Positions 18,301 through 28,439 of a stretch of DNA of 64,000 bases are shown here, in pieces. Numbering within the stretch: the stretch's first letter is position 1; each line of letters opens with the position of its first letter. The DNA is taken from positions 1 through 64,000 of the IMG/VR virus record IMGVR_UViG_3300014043_000004; one strand, given 5' to 3'. This DNA is from a virus. Its lineage: Duplodnaviria; Caudoviricetes. Both the position numbers and the translations under genes were made by a program. The notes under the pieces are model-generated. The model had not been told where the DNA came from and ran no database searches. It saw only the letters and a list, made by a program, of their open reading frames with translations.

Positions 18301-18369
18301 TGCTTAGTAAAGCCTCTGCATAGCACGTAACTAAGTGTGGTCTAGCACACTACTACAAGGTGTGCAAAA

Positions 18370-18497
18370 GGGATATTTGACAGGGAATGGTACACCGGCG
18401 CCTCGCTGCATACATGCAAACAGGAACGAGAGGAAGGTATTCTCGGTAAAGGTTGAAACAAAATGTTTAATGGAGGTTCGAGTCCTCCAATATCCCC
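18370..18497 (+). ncRNA. extended tRNA-like element
   Basis: GGGATATT/AATATCCC closing stem; T-arm GGAGG-TTCGAGT-CCTCC; oversized centre. Confidence 0.45.
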
Positions 18498-18524
18498 TAG
18501 TATTAACCAAAGAACCTAAGAGTC

Positions 18525-20444
18525 ATGTGGATACGGAATGATCTAGTCGTTATATACGATATAGAAATCTTTCCAAACTGCTTCCACTGTTGCTGTAAAG
18601 ATACAGAAGATGGTAAAATTTATAAGTTCGAAATATCAGAACGAAAGAATCAGCTTACAGACTTAGTTGATTTCTTTTTAAAGCCTAAGATAATATTCGC
18701 AGGCTACAACAACCATCATTATGATGATGTCATAATTAACTACATAATAGATTATAAGAGTAAACTGGCAAGGCTACCATATTGGCAAGTTTGCCAGTCT
18801 CTTTTTAATCTATCTACTACGATAGTGGAAGACGAGGAAGGGAGTCGTGAGAAGCTCAAGCGATGGAAGTATGCACATTACTTCAAATCTATGGACTTAC
18901 TCACAATGCAGTTTAGTCAAAAGTTACGAGTAGGCTTAAAAACCATGCAAGTAACTATGCACTATAAAAACGTGCAAGAATACGATGGAGACTTTAACCA
19001 GCCTCTACCAGTAGATAAGATTGACGAAATGATTGCATATAACATAAATGATGTCGAATCGACTACAGAGTTATTAAACCGCTTGAAAGAGCAAATCGAT
19101 TTAAGATTGTTTATTGAAAAAGAACACGGCATAGATTGTCTCTCTATGGACAGTGTTAAAATGGCAGAGACCTTCTTGTTAGAAGAATATTCTAAGAAGT
19201 CAGGTATTCCTAAAAATGTTATAAAGGAAATGCGTTCTCCAATGGATTATATTCCACTGAAGGATGTTATTTTGCCATTTATAAAATATAAAAATCCAAA
19301 GTTACAAGCCGTTCTAGAGGATATGAAGAAGCAGGTAGTATACTCTAAAGAGCGCAAAGGCTATGAGAAGAAGTTTGTTCTCTCAAATGTGGTGTATTCT
19401 GTAGGTGTTGGTGGTATACATTCTATTAACACTCCACAAATATTCCACCCTAAAGATGACGAGCACATAGGACACGCTGATGTAACGTCCATGTATCCGT
19501 CTTTGTTGATCAAATATCAACTTGGACCTCGACACTTAGGAAAATTTTTTTGCGATATATTCGAAGGCATATACTACGAACGAATAGAAGCAAAACGTAC
19601 TGGTCAAAAGATTAAGAACCTGTTTTTAAAGATCGTGCTTAATTCTCCTACTGGAAAAATGCAGCAGGAGGTGAGTTGGATGTATGATCCGTTCAATGTT
19701 TTTAAGATTAGAATAAACGGTCAGCTAATTCTTTTAATGCTCGTAGACAGACTTTTAGAGCTCGGATGTGAAATTATTCAGGTAAACACAGACGGCGTTG
19801 TCTACAGGGCTAAAAACAGCCTTAAAGATGGAATTCAGGAAGCCATTCATGAGGTTGAACAAATCACTCAACTTGGTTTTGAAGTAGATGAGTACGAAGC
19901 TTTCTATCAATACGCTATTAATGACTACTTTGGGGTCTTAAAGGGCGGAGAGATAGAAGAAAAAGGTATGTTTATAACTAAGACCAAATTAGGCAAAGGT
20001 TTAGCACCGGTAGTAATACCGAAAGCTATAATAGCATACTTTGTACACAAAACGCCGGTGGCAGAGTTTATTGAGAAGGACAGAGACATCCGGGATTTCT
20101 TAATGTCACAAGCAGTAGATAAGAAGTTCAAAGTTGTACATGGTGAAAAACCTATACAACGTATCAATAGATTTTATGCAAGCACTAACGGACCATATCT
20201 TTATAAAGTAAAGAAAAATGATAATCCTGGACACCATACACTCATAAATCCATGGGGATACCCAGAGGAATATGATATTCCAGAAGAGTCGTGGTCTAAT
20301 ATGTTAACCAAATCAGGAGTAACAATCCTGAATAAATTTGATGATCTACCGATAGAAGATCGAAAGATTAACTATCGTTACTATATCAGTGAAGCCAAAA
20401 AAGTGATAGCAGACTTTACTGAACAACAGCTATCATTATTTTAG
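18525..20444 (+). CDS. polB: DNA polymerase family B
   Basis: Exo YDIE, GYNNHHYD, YNINDV; Pol DVTSMYP, KIVLNSPTGK, NTDG; C-terminal QLSLF. Confidence 0.92.
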   Translation: MWIRNDLVVIYDIEIFPNCFHCCCKDTEDGKIYKFEISERKNQLTDLVDFFLKPKIIFAGYNNHHYDDVIINYIIDYKSKLARLPYWQVCQSLFNLSTTIVEDEEGSREKLKRWKYAHYFKSMDLLTMQFSQKLRVGLKTMQVTMHYKNVQEYDGDFNQPLPVDKIDEMIAYNINDVESTTELLNRLKEQIDLRLFIEKEHGIDCLSMDSVKMAETFLLEEYSKKSGIPKNVIKEMRSPMDYIPLKDVILPFIKYKNPKLQAVLEDMKKQVVYSKERKGYEKKFVLSNVVYSVGVGGIHSINTPQIFHPKDDEHIGHADVTSMYPSLLIKYQLGPRHLGKFFCDIFEGIYYERIEAKRTGQKIKNLFLKIVLNSPTGKMQQEVSWMYDPFNVFKIRINGQLILLMLVDRLLELGCEIIQVNTDGVVYRAKNSLKDGIQEAIHEVEQITQLGFEVDEYEAFYQYAINDYFGVLKGGEIEEKGMFITKTKLGKGLAPVVIPKAIIAYFVHKTPVAEFIEKDRDIRDFLMSQAVDKKFKVVHGEKPIQRINRFYASTNGPYLYKVKKNDNPGHHTLINPWGYPEEYDIPEESWSNMLTKSGVTILNKFDDLPIEDRKINYRYYISEAKKVIADFTEQQLSLF

Positions 20445-20468
20445 TAATTACAGAACCAACGAGTCAGT

Positions 20469-21035
20469 ATGATTATTGAAGTAAACACAAAGCTCTTGGA
20501 TTTATATCCAGAGTTAAACGCAAATCAATTATTGTTTCTGAGTATTGTGTTGGATAAGAATCAGCCTAAATATCAAGACGTCCGCAAGATTGTCAGCCTA
20601 ATCAGCGACGACGAAATACAATACTTAATCGATCAGCATTTGGTCACCTCGATTGGGAGAGATGATTCAGTTACATACAAACCAACAGAGAAGATTGAAC
20701 AAGAAATAGCACCTAGTAAAGACTATTTTGATCTTTTCTATGATATGTATCCAGTGTATGTTGTTCGTTCAGATGGAAGTAAGTCATATTTACGCGCAAA
20801 TGTAAATAAATGCCGTCACTTCTTTAACACAAAATGTGGAAAAAGTTCCGCAATGGCAGAACATATAATTAAATGTCTCGAGTATGAAATAGACAAAAGA
20901 ATGCGAGAAGGCAGTATTAGTTATATGATGACAATGTGGAATTGGTTGACTAGAAGTCAATGGGAAGCAGTTGAAGATGAGATGGAAGACAGAAAACAAA
21001 TACCAGTAAATTCTTATGGAACAGACATTATCTAA
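20469..21035 (+). CDS. putative replication organiser/helicase loader
   Basis: Between PolB and DnaB; FDLFYDMYP...WNWL pattern of phage replication initiators. Confidence 0.55.
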   Translation: MIIEVNTKLLDLYPELNANQLLFLSIVLDKNQPKYQDVRKIVSLISDDEIQYLIDQHLVTSIGRDDSVTYKPTEKIEQEIAPSKDYFDLFYDMYPVYVVRSDGSKSYLRANVNKCRHFFNTKCGKSSAMAEHIIKCLEYEIDKRMREGSISYMMTMWNWLTRSQWEAVEDEMEDRKQIPVNSYGTDII

Positions 21036-22911
21036 TATAGTTCGACCAATGTCAGTTGTTGCTCAAGAAGCAATCAACTATATTGAAGGACGAAGAGAAC
21101 ACAATGTTGTATCTCTAAAAACTAGATGGAAGAAGTTTAATAAGCAATGTATGGGAGGTATAGAACCAAATACCGTTTACACCATAGCTGGTATATCTGG
21201 AAGTGGTAATAAATCGTTCGGTAACTGCAACCTAACGCACCCGTTTTGTCGTTATAAATAAAAACGACATGGCAAATTATAATTATTTTGACACAATAGA
21301 TACTGAAAACAAAGCCTACTGGCTTGGATTTTTGTTTGCCGACGGAAATATAACAACTCCATATCGGATAAATAAAGACGGGTCTATTAAAAACGGGATT
21401 TATAGGATAGAAATATCTTTGAAAGCAGAAGACAAAGAACATTTGGATAAGTTTAGAATAGAATTAGGTATAGAAAAGCCTTTAAATATATCTAATACGA
21501 ATTTTAATAGTTCTGACAGATGTAGATTGTATTTTAACAATAAACATATGTGGGAAGTATTGAATTCATATGGATGTACGCCAAAGAAGTCAAAAACTTT
21601 AAAATTTCCACCAACTTCTATATTTAAGAATAAATCATTGATTAGACACTTTATTCGAGGATATTATGATGGCGATGGATGTCTATCTTGGTGCGATACA
21701 AATCACAAAAGAGCTCATGTTGGAGTATTAGGAACATTTGAGTTTCTGACTGAACTTCAGCATTGGTTACCTTTGGAATTCGAAAATGTTATCTTGAAAA
21801 AGCCAGAAGAAACTGTATCTACATTGTATTTTACAGGGAAAACTGGGTTTTTTGTTGCAAACTATTTGTACAAAAATTGTTCTGTCTGTTTAGAAAGAAA
21901 ATACGAACGATATTCAGAATATTGCCGTTTATACTTGGAAGAGTATAAATTACGATTGGGCAAATACGGCGAACTTTGGAATGAGAATGCCGTGGTAAAC
22001 TCAGAGATTACGAAAGGCTCTGGGTCACCGTACAGCGTAGAGGTTGAATAAATATAATACCTCCAAGAGTGTCCAACATCCCAACTGAAATAAGTGGATG
22101 AAAACGTACGCGGGGCTACATCATACGCAGGAAGGATGTAGAAGTTAGGATAAAAAGCCTGACGATAACAAAACCGAAGTCCTCATTTGTTAATGAGATG
22201 ACTACCGACATAATTGATTTGAATCCTGATGAAGATATAATCGTTTTAAATTTCTCGTTAGAGATGGTTGGATTTAGGCAAGTTGGAAGAACGCTTTCTA
22301 ATAAATTAAGAAGAACTACTTCTGCCTTGTATAGTTCGGAAACGGACCTCGATGAAGAAACTTTTAAAAAAGTCATTGCAGTATCCAATAAACTGAAGGA
22401 ATATCCCATTTACTTTGTAGATGATCCAGGTACTCCTTCAGAAGTAGAACGAATTATTAAAAGATTTTATGAGGCATATGTGAAAGGTACGAAAAAACAT
22501 TTCATTATCTTTTACGATCATACGCTATTGACAAAACAAGTTGGTTCTGTAATAGAAACAACGTCAGAGCTTGAGCGAGTATTTATACAAGCGAAAAAGT
22601 ATCCAATGACGTCAATAGTACAGATCGCACAAATGAATCGTAATATCGAATCTTCAGAAAGGATAAACAACCCATCGAGTCATTACCCGATGAGAAGTGA
22701 TTTATCGTCATCTGATGCAATGTTTCAGGCAAGCGATTATGTGCTTGTTATGCATAGACCAGAAATATTGAATATCCAAGAATACGGTCCAAACCGATTA
22801 CCTACACAAAATAAAGTTTACATGCATATGTTGAAAAACAGAGACGCTGGTAAACCTTGTATTCTTGAATTCGAGAATGACTTGGCGTTTAATAATCTGG
22901 TAGAATGTTAA
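21016..22911 (+). CDS. dnaB: DnaB-like helicase, exons 21016-21207 and 22177-22911 (~308 aa)
   Basis: Splicing restores Walker A AGISGSG|KSS; FSLEM, AQMNR, SDLSSSDAMFQASD, KNRD motifs. Confidence 0.9.
21208..22176 (+). mobile_element. group I intron in dnaB
   Basis: Exon ends in T, intron ends in G, in-frame join, contains homing endonuclease. Confidence 0.8.
21269..22051 (+). CDS. LAGLIDADG homing endonuclease
   Basis: AYWLGFLFADG and HFIRGYYDGDG motifs. Confidence 0.9.
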   Translation: MANYNYFDTIDTENKAYWLGFLFADGNITTPYRINKDGSIKNGIYRIEISLKAEDKEHLDKFRIELGIEKPLNISNTNFNSSDRCRLYFNNKHMWEVLNSYGCTPKKSKTLKFPPTSIFKNKSLIRHFIRGYYDGDGCLSWCDTNHKRAHVGVLGTFEFLTELQHWLPLEFENVILKKPEETVSTLYFTGKTGFFVANYLYKNCSVCLERKYERYSEYCRLYLEEYKLRLGKYGELWNENAVVNSEITKGSGSPYSVEVE

Positions 22912-22954
22912 TGCTTTAGATGACAAGTATTAACTTTTAAATTTAGGCTGAATT

Positions 22955-23434
22955 ATGATTACAACATATACTTTTGGTAAGAACGACAACAACAAGTTTA
23001 ACTTTTTTCACACTAGTAGCAAACCCAATTACTCTAAGATTCTTGATGACATTATTATTTCTGATGTAATTAAGAAGAATAGTTATTTGTTGAACAAGAG
23101 CAACACTTACATTAATAACACCGACGATATTCTCCTTGGTGCAAATTCATATGCGAGTGACCTTGATAAGGCTATTTTGTTCCTTGCCAATTACAAGAAG
23201 TATAAGAAGATCTATTTGAATAAGATTCCTTATGCTTTGAATAAGATGTACACACTTTCGGATGGTACACCCATCATTTTTTACGATGATGAGATTCAGA
23301 TTGGTTTTGATACCTATAGTTATAGCAACTTTAATAATGCTGATTTCATTAGCAGTCTGACTCCGAAGAAAAAGGATATTATCATTAATATTTTCAACAC
23401 CATCGGTGCAGATATTAAGATCAATATTTTATAA
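22955..23434 (+). CDS. hypothetical protein
   Basis: 159-aa ORF in replication operon. Confidence 0.7.
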   Translation: MITTYTFGKNDNNKFNFFHTSSKPNYSKILDDIIISDVIKKNSYLLNKSNTYINNTDDILLGANSYASDLDKAILFLANYKKYKKIYLNKIPYALNKMYTLSDGTPIIFYDDEIQIGFDTYSYSNFNNADFISSLTPKKKDIIINIFNTIGADIKINIL

Positions 23435-23451
23435 TTAGAACTATAAGTCAT

Positions 23452-25038
23452 ATGATAGTATTACCTACTAATAAAGTTCCTGCAACTTCGATGAATCCTC
23501 AGTATTTGATTTTATACGGTTTGCCTAAACTATTTGGGCCTTTAAATAGAAATATTTATCGAAAAAACGCTTAATTGCTGAAACCTGTTTATGTTGTTTA
23601 TACGTTATATAACAAAGAACGGATAAATAATATTAACACGATTAGCAGCTAAGTTATGGTTAAAGAAGAAACAATAAATAGATATAAAGAGTATATCGGA
23701 AAAGATTTCGGATGTATTCATGTAGATGATATAGATTTATCTGCAATATCTAAAAACAGGATATATTTTTTATGCACTTGTACAAAATGTGGAGCAAAAC
23801 TTCGCATACGAAACGATGGATTATTGAAAAAACGTCCTTGTGAATGTTGTATAAAGTGTATTGGTAAATGGAGAAAAGAACACTTTAACGATTTATATAA
23901 ATATAAACCGGAAAAGGTGTTCAGAGAAAAACATACTCATTTTAGAGCAAATGCAAACATAAGAGGAATTGGGTATTTTCTCACATTAGATGATATAGTT
24001 GATTTATGTAGTCAACCATGTCATTATTGTGGAAAAGAACGCTGTCTTGGAATAGATAGAGTTGATAATTCAAAACCTTATACACGAGATAACTGCGTAC
24101 CATGTTGCGGATGCTGTAATAAGATGAAGATGGATTTAGAATTATCATTTTTCCTAGACCAAATAGAAAGAATATATAATAATATTGAAACCATAAAAAG
24201 TTCAACGACTATCTCGAAAGAGAGTACATCTAAAACGTTTGTAGATGGAAATGGCGTTCACCTTAGTCATAAATAGACAGGTGGTGATATAGTCTAATCT
24301 GTATGGTGACATGCAGCAGTTCATAAGAGAACGTATCTGGAGTAGTGAACCAGATAGAATATAGTGAAATCGGGTAAAACAAGTGCAGTAGCACAACTGG
24401 AGAATAATCTCATAATAGACCTAGAAGGCGGATCTAAGTTTATTGATGCACTTGCCATACAGGCGCGTACCATCAACGACCTTGGAGAAATTGCACAAGC
24501 CATTCGAGCTAAGAATGAAGAAGTAGGACATAATTTTTATAAACACATAACAATTGATAACGCTACTCGTCTTGAAGATATTTGTATGAGCTATGCGTGC
24601 ACCCTTTACAGACAGACAGAATTAGGCAAGAACTGGAAAGGAAACGACGTTACAACGCTTGCGCGTGGAGCAGGCTATAAGTATCTAAGAGATGCAGTAA
24701 AGAAGGTTATTGATATGTTCAAGGACCTTTGTGATGAATTTATTCTGATAGGACACGTTAAAGATTCTATTACTGATAAAGACGGAGAAGAAGTAAATGC
24801 CAAAGAAATCGACCTTGTTGGAAAATTGGGAAAAATCGTATGTGGAATGGCTGATGCAGTCGGATACGTCTATAGGAAAGACAATGAGACACACATTAGT
24901 TTTAAATCCGGAGGTGATGGCACAATCATGGAGGCTCGCGCTAGACATATCGCGGGTCGAGACATTGTCATTGCGACCGGAAATGATGATGGATCTATAA
25001 CGACCTATTGGGACCGTGTTTATAAACCCGAACCATGA
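23452..25038 (+). CDS. AAA ATPase (Sak4-like), exons 23452-23526 and 24367-25038
   Basis: Splicing restores LILYGLP|KSGKTS; IIDLEGG, ITIDN, ILIGH motifs. Confidence 0.85.
23527..24366 (+). mobile_element. group I intron in AAA ATPase gene
   Basis: P1 GCCT|AAA-CTA-TTTGGGC with U.G at the splice site; TCAACGACTA and GATATAGTC core; terminal G at 24366. Confidence 0.88.
23656..24276 (+). CDS. HNH-type homing endonuclease
   Basis: CHYCG...GIDRVDNSKPY...NCVPCCGCCNKMK. Confidence 0.85.
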   Translation: MVKEETINRYKEYIGKDFGCIHVDDIDLSAISKNRIYFLCTCTKCGAKLRIRNDGLLKKRPCECCIKCIGKWRKEHFNDLYKYKPEKVFREKHTHFRANANIRGIGYFLTLDDIVDLCSQPCHYCGKERCLGIDRVDNSKPYTRDNCVPCCGCCNKMKMDLELSFFLDQIERIYNNIETIKSSTTISKESTSKTFVDGNGVHLSHK

Positions 25039-25151
25039 GTACAGGAGATGTAATTATATTGTGTAGTGTTATTGTAGCAGGTGTAATCCTGTGTCTTGCA
25101 CCACATATTGTAGATAAGTCTACTAACGAAAACGATTGGACAGAACTTTAA
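25035..25151 (+). CDS. small membrane peptide (38 aa)
   Basis: MSTGDVIILCSVIVAGVILCLAPH...; ATGA overlap with ATPase stop. Confidence 0.55.
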   Translation: MSTGDVIILCSVIVAGVILCLAPHIVDKSTNENDWTEL

Positions 25152-25164
25152 GTCAGAGGAAATT

Positions 25165-25794
25165 ATGTATAGTACTAAAACAGCAACAACAAACAACGAG
25201 GAGTTTAATAGCTCCTATATGCCTGTAGGCATCAATGAAAACGTAACCTTGAAAGAGGTTAATGTAAACAAAACTGAGAATGGTCGTGATTTCTTGGAGA
25301 TTATCTTTGAGAATGAAAACGGTCAGACAGCAACTATGACCGAGTGGAAGAACGAGAAGAATATGTGGATCAAGACTGATGAAGAACTTCAGAAGCGCGA
25401 TGATCAGCAGTTTGGTCGTATTCTACAGGTTATAGATGCAGCAACTGGATCACACACAGACTTTGAGGGCAGTTCGTTTACAGAGATGATTAATTGGGTA
25501 AAAGCTCAGCTTGAACCAGCTACAAATCCTGCAAATATACGTCAAAGTATGCGTCTTAAGGTTGTTTACGACAAGAAGGGTTATACGAAAGTTAGCTCTC
25601 TTGGTGTTTTTGTTGAACCTATGAGTGTAGAGCAGTCTCAGATTAAGCTTTGGAAGAATGACCTTCTGGAGCGCCCTATACAGGCTGATGTAGAAAAGCC
25701 TATTGATCCGCTTATTGCAGCTGCAAACGAAGCAATTGCACTCAATACTCCGGTTACTGAGACTTCAACAGGTGCTGACGACCTGCCATTTTAA
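25165..25794 (+). CDS. ssb: single-stranded DNA-binding protein
   Basis: Follows Sak4-like ATPase; acidic tail GADDLPF. Confidence 0.7.
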   Translation: MYSTKTATTNNEEFNSSYMPVGINENVTLKEVNVNKTENGRDFLEIIFENENGQTATMTEWKNEKNMWIKTDEELQKRDDQQFGRILQVIDAATGSHTDFEGSSFTEMINWVKAQLEPATNPANIRQSMRLKVVYDKKGYTKVSSLGVFVEPMSVEQSQIKLWKNDLLERPIQADVEKPIDPLIAAANEAIALNTPVTETSTGADDLPF

Positions 25795-26058
25795 TCTAGA
25801 GTTTAAGCCGCTTGTATGTAAACCATACGAAGCTGCAAGAATTTTAGGTCAAATTATAAATGGTCAGTGGTGGAGGACTGGAGGTTAATCCTTCAGCCCC
25901 TAACGAAGAGGTCAAATTATATCGCTCCTCTTACAAATAAACACGGCGATATATGGGTTGGAGAAATCCTGAAGTGTGATCCTGGACGGCTGCGTATGAA
26001 AAATTACGTAATTGGGTTCGAATCCCAACACACAACAATACAAAAGAGCTTATAAGCC

Positions 26059-27027
26059 ATGTATAGTACAAAAACAGCAATTACAATGAGTCTTAGAGAC
26101 TTATTGGATAAAGTGGATGACTATACTATCTATTCATATTATTTAGGTCCATTTAAACCTGGTAAGTTAATGAATAGTCCATTACGCAGTGATGATAAGA
26201 TGCCATCTTTCGCTATATTTCCTACAAAGGATGGTGCATTGCTGTTTAAAGACCACGGAACTGGAGTTGCAGGTAATGCGCTTAAGTTTTTAAAGTTATA
26301 TAAAAGAATACAAACGCGAGAAGAATTAGAGAAAGAACTGCTTAGAATCGTTCGGCGATTCAACCCAACGAGCAGTGTGGCAACTGTGACACGGTCATAT
26401 ACTCAGCATGAGGATACTGACATCGGAATAGTTCGACAACCGTTTACTGAAGTTGATAAAAGATATTGGAAGCAATTCCACATATCTATCGATACATTAA
26501 AGCGATTCAATGTATTTAGCATTAAGTACTTTCTTTGTAATAGAGTCGTCAGAGGAACCTACAAAGAAACTAGTCCTATGTATGCATATAAGGTCTATGA
26601 TAAATTTAAAATTTATAGACCTTTAGCCTCCAAGTATACTAAATGGCGTACCAATCTGACAAATCGACACGTTCAGGGATTAGCCGAATTGCCGTATGAG
26701 GGCGGTAATCTTTTAGTTATAACCAAATCGTTGAAAGACGTTATGTGTTTATACGAGATGGGTATTAGTGCTATAGCAGCTTCAAGTGAAACAACATTTA
26801 TTCCCGATGATATCTTAAGGTCTTTAAGACGTAAATGGAAACGTGTTGTTATACTATATGATCGAGACGCAACTGGAATGATGAAAGCTCGAGATTACAG
26901 CAAACAATACAAACTAGACGCTATATTCGTCCATAAGAAATTTAAATCGAAAGATATTTCAGACGCAGTAAAAAATAACAATTTTAACACAGTCAAAGAA
27001 TGGCTGTATAAAACATTAAACATATGA
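26059..27027 (+). CDS. dnaG: DNA primase (TOPRIM)
   Basis: SPLR.D..PSF, FKDHG; LVITKSLKDVM, YDRD..G, KDISD. Confidence 0.85.
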   Translation: MYSTKTAITMSLRDLLDKVDDYTIYSYYLGPFKPGKLMNSPLRSDDKMPSFAIFPTKDGALLFKDHGTGVAGNALKFLKLYKRIQTREELEKELLRIVRRFNPTSSVATVTRSYTQHEDTDIGIVRQPFTEVDKRYWKQFHISIDTLKRFNVFSIKYFLCNRVVRGTYKETSPMYAYKVYDKFKIYRPLASKYTKWRTNLTNRHVQGLAELPYEGGNLLVITKSLKDVMCLYEMGISAIAASSETTFIPDDILRSLRRKWKRVVILYDRDATGMMKARDYSKQYKLDAIFVHKKFKSKDISDAVKNNNFNTVKEWLYKTLNI

Positions 27028-27278
27028 TAGAGACACTGATCCTCGGTATAGTAATCGGTATTATTGGTACTGGTGCTGGAGCCGCATATGCAGCGTACAG
27101 ATGGAGTAAACAACCATTTATACTGAAAAAGTTTAATAGTGGTTATCGATTAATAGCTGCAGATTTAGGAGTTGATGGAGATCCTTCAGGTTATGTAGGA
27201 TTGAAAAAAGATAATAAATTTGTTATAGGTATTAAATTTAACGATAACGGAGTAACAGATATCGTATATGATATCTAA
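27024..27278 (+). CDS. small membrane protein
   Basis: N-terminal TM helix; overlaps both neighbours. Confidence 0.65.
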   Translation: MIETLILGIVIGIIGTGAGAAYAAYRWSKQPFILKKFNSGYRLIAADLGVDGDPSGYVGLKKDNKFVIGIKFNDNGVTDIVYDI

Positions 27279-27666
27279 GTCTAAAGGTAAGGTAAAAAAT
27301 GCGACAGCGGTCGATGCGTATGGAATCCATTTTAGGAGTAAACTCGAACTCTATACGTATGAAGCTTTTATGAAAGCAGGAATACCTGTTAAATATGAGC
27401 CAAAGCATTTTACTTTACTTAAATCGTTCGAGTATATGGGTCAAAAAATAAGACCTATTACATATCTACCAGACTTCGTAGGACGAGGTTTTATAGTAGA
27501 ATGTAAAGGTCTTATGGGAGACTCTTTTCCTTTGCGTTGGAAGCTTTTCAAATATTATCTGTATAAGCATCACGCAAAAACAAAACTATATCTTGTGAGA
27601 AATCATAAAGATGTAGATTCCATGATCCAAGAATTACTAAATCAGAGACGAAAATGCAATTTATAA
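27268..27666 (+). CDS. T7 endonuclease I-like PD-(D/E)XK nuclease
   Basis: FRSKLE, YLPDF, VECKG. Confidence 0.8.
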   Translation: MISKSKGKVKNATAVDAYGIHFRSKLELYTYEAFMKAGIPVKYEPKHFTLLKSFEYMGQKIRPITYLPDFVGRGFIVECKGLMGDSFPLRWKLFKYYLYKHHAKTKLYLVRNHKDVDSMIQELLNQRRKCNL

Positions 27667-28439
27667 AAGATAAAGACCAAATAGTTCCTATGCCAAAAGG
27701 TTTGGCGTACGATCTAATCGGAGGAAAGATATACCGTTTAAAATCAACAAAAAGCATGTTTTCACGAGTAGACATGTTGATTGAAGACGGGGAATTATCT
27801 ATTCCGAATAAAGTCTATTATTCTAATGATGAAGAACTTATTGTAAAACGAGTTCTTCGTTACCACAAAGAAACTGAGAAGAATACTACAGGAGTAATGT
27901 TCTACGGAAAACAAGGTTGTGGTAAAACGTTATTGTCTAAAATAATAGCAAAAGAATCAGGACTCCCAATTATTGTAGTAGACCCATCGTTTCCTACAAG
28001 TAATCTAATGAACTTCTTTACGAGATTTAATACTGAAGTAGTAGTGTTATTCGATGAACTTGATAAACATTGCGGTAAGGATGATTATTGGGATACTGAG
28101 GATATGTTAGAATTCCTTGATGGTGTACAAGAAACAGGTAAAAAACTTGTTATATTTACTTGTAACTCGGATAAAGTGGTCAATGAATTTATGAAAGATC
28201 GCTGTGGACGTATTAGATATTATAAACAATTTGATACGTTAAGTCATAAGATGATCGTTGATATTGTTAAAGATAATATTAATGATAAAGATAAAGTTGA
28301 TAAGGTTGTTAATTTTATTGAGAATAGACTAAAGGTTCCATCTTATGACAATGTGACAGCGATATGTAAGGAAGTAAACGATTGGCCAGATTATTCTATA
28401 GAGGGATTGATTAAGGACTTAAACGTTGAACTTAAATAA
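27654..28439 (+). CDS. AAA ATPase
   Basis: GKQGCGKT, VLFDE, FTCN, DRCGRI. Confidence 0.85.
   Translation: MQFIKDKDQIVPMPKGLAYDLIGGKIYRLKSTKSMFSRVDMLIEDGELSIPNKVYYSNDEELIVKRVLRYHKETEKNTTGVMFYGKQGCGKTLLSKIIAKESGLPIIVVDPSFPTSNLMNFFTRFNTEVVVLFDELDKHCGKDDYWDTEDMLEFLDGVQETGKKLVIFTCNSDKVVNEFMKDRCGRIRYYKQFDTLSHKMIVDIVKDNINDKDKVDKVVNFIENRLKVPSYDNVTAICKEVNDWPDYSIEGLIKDLNVELK

Noticed and set aside
18510-18527. GAAC...GTCA motif as an ECF sigma promoter
   Set aside because: Spacing is far below ~16 bp and it overlaps start codons
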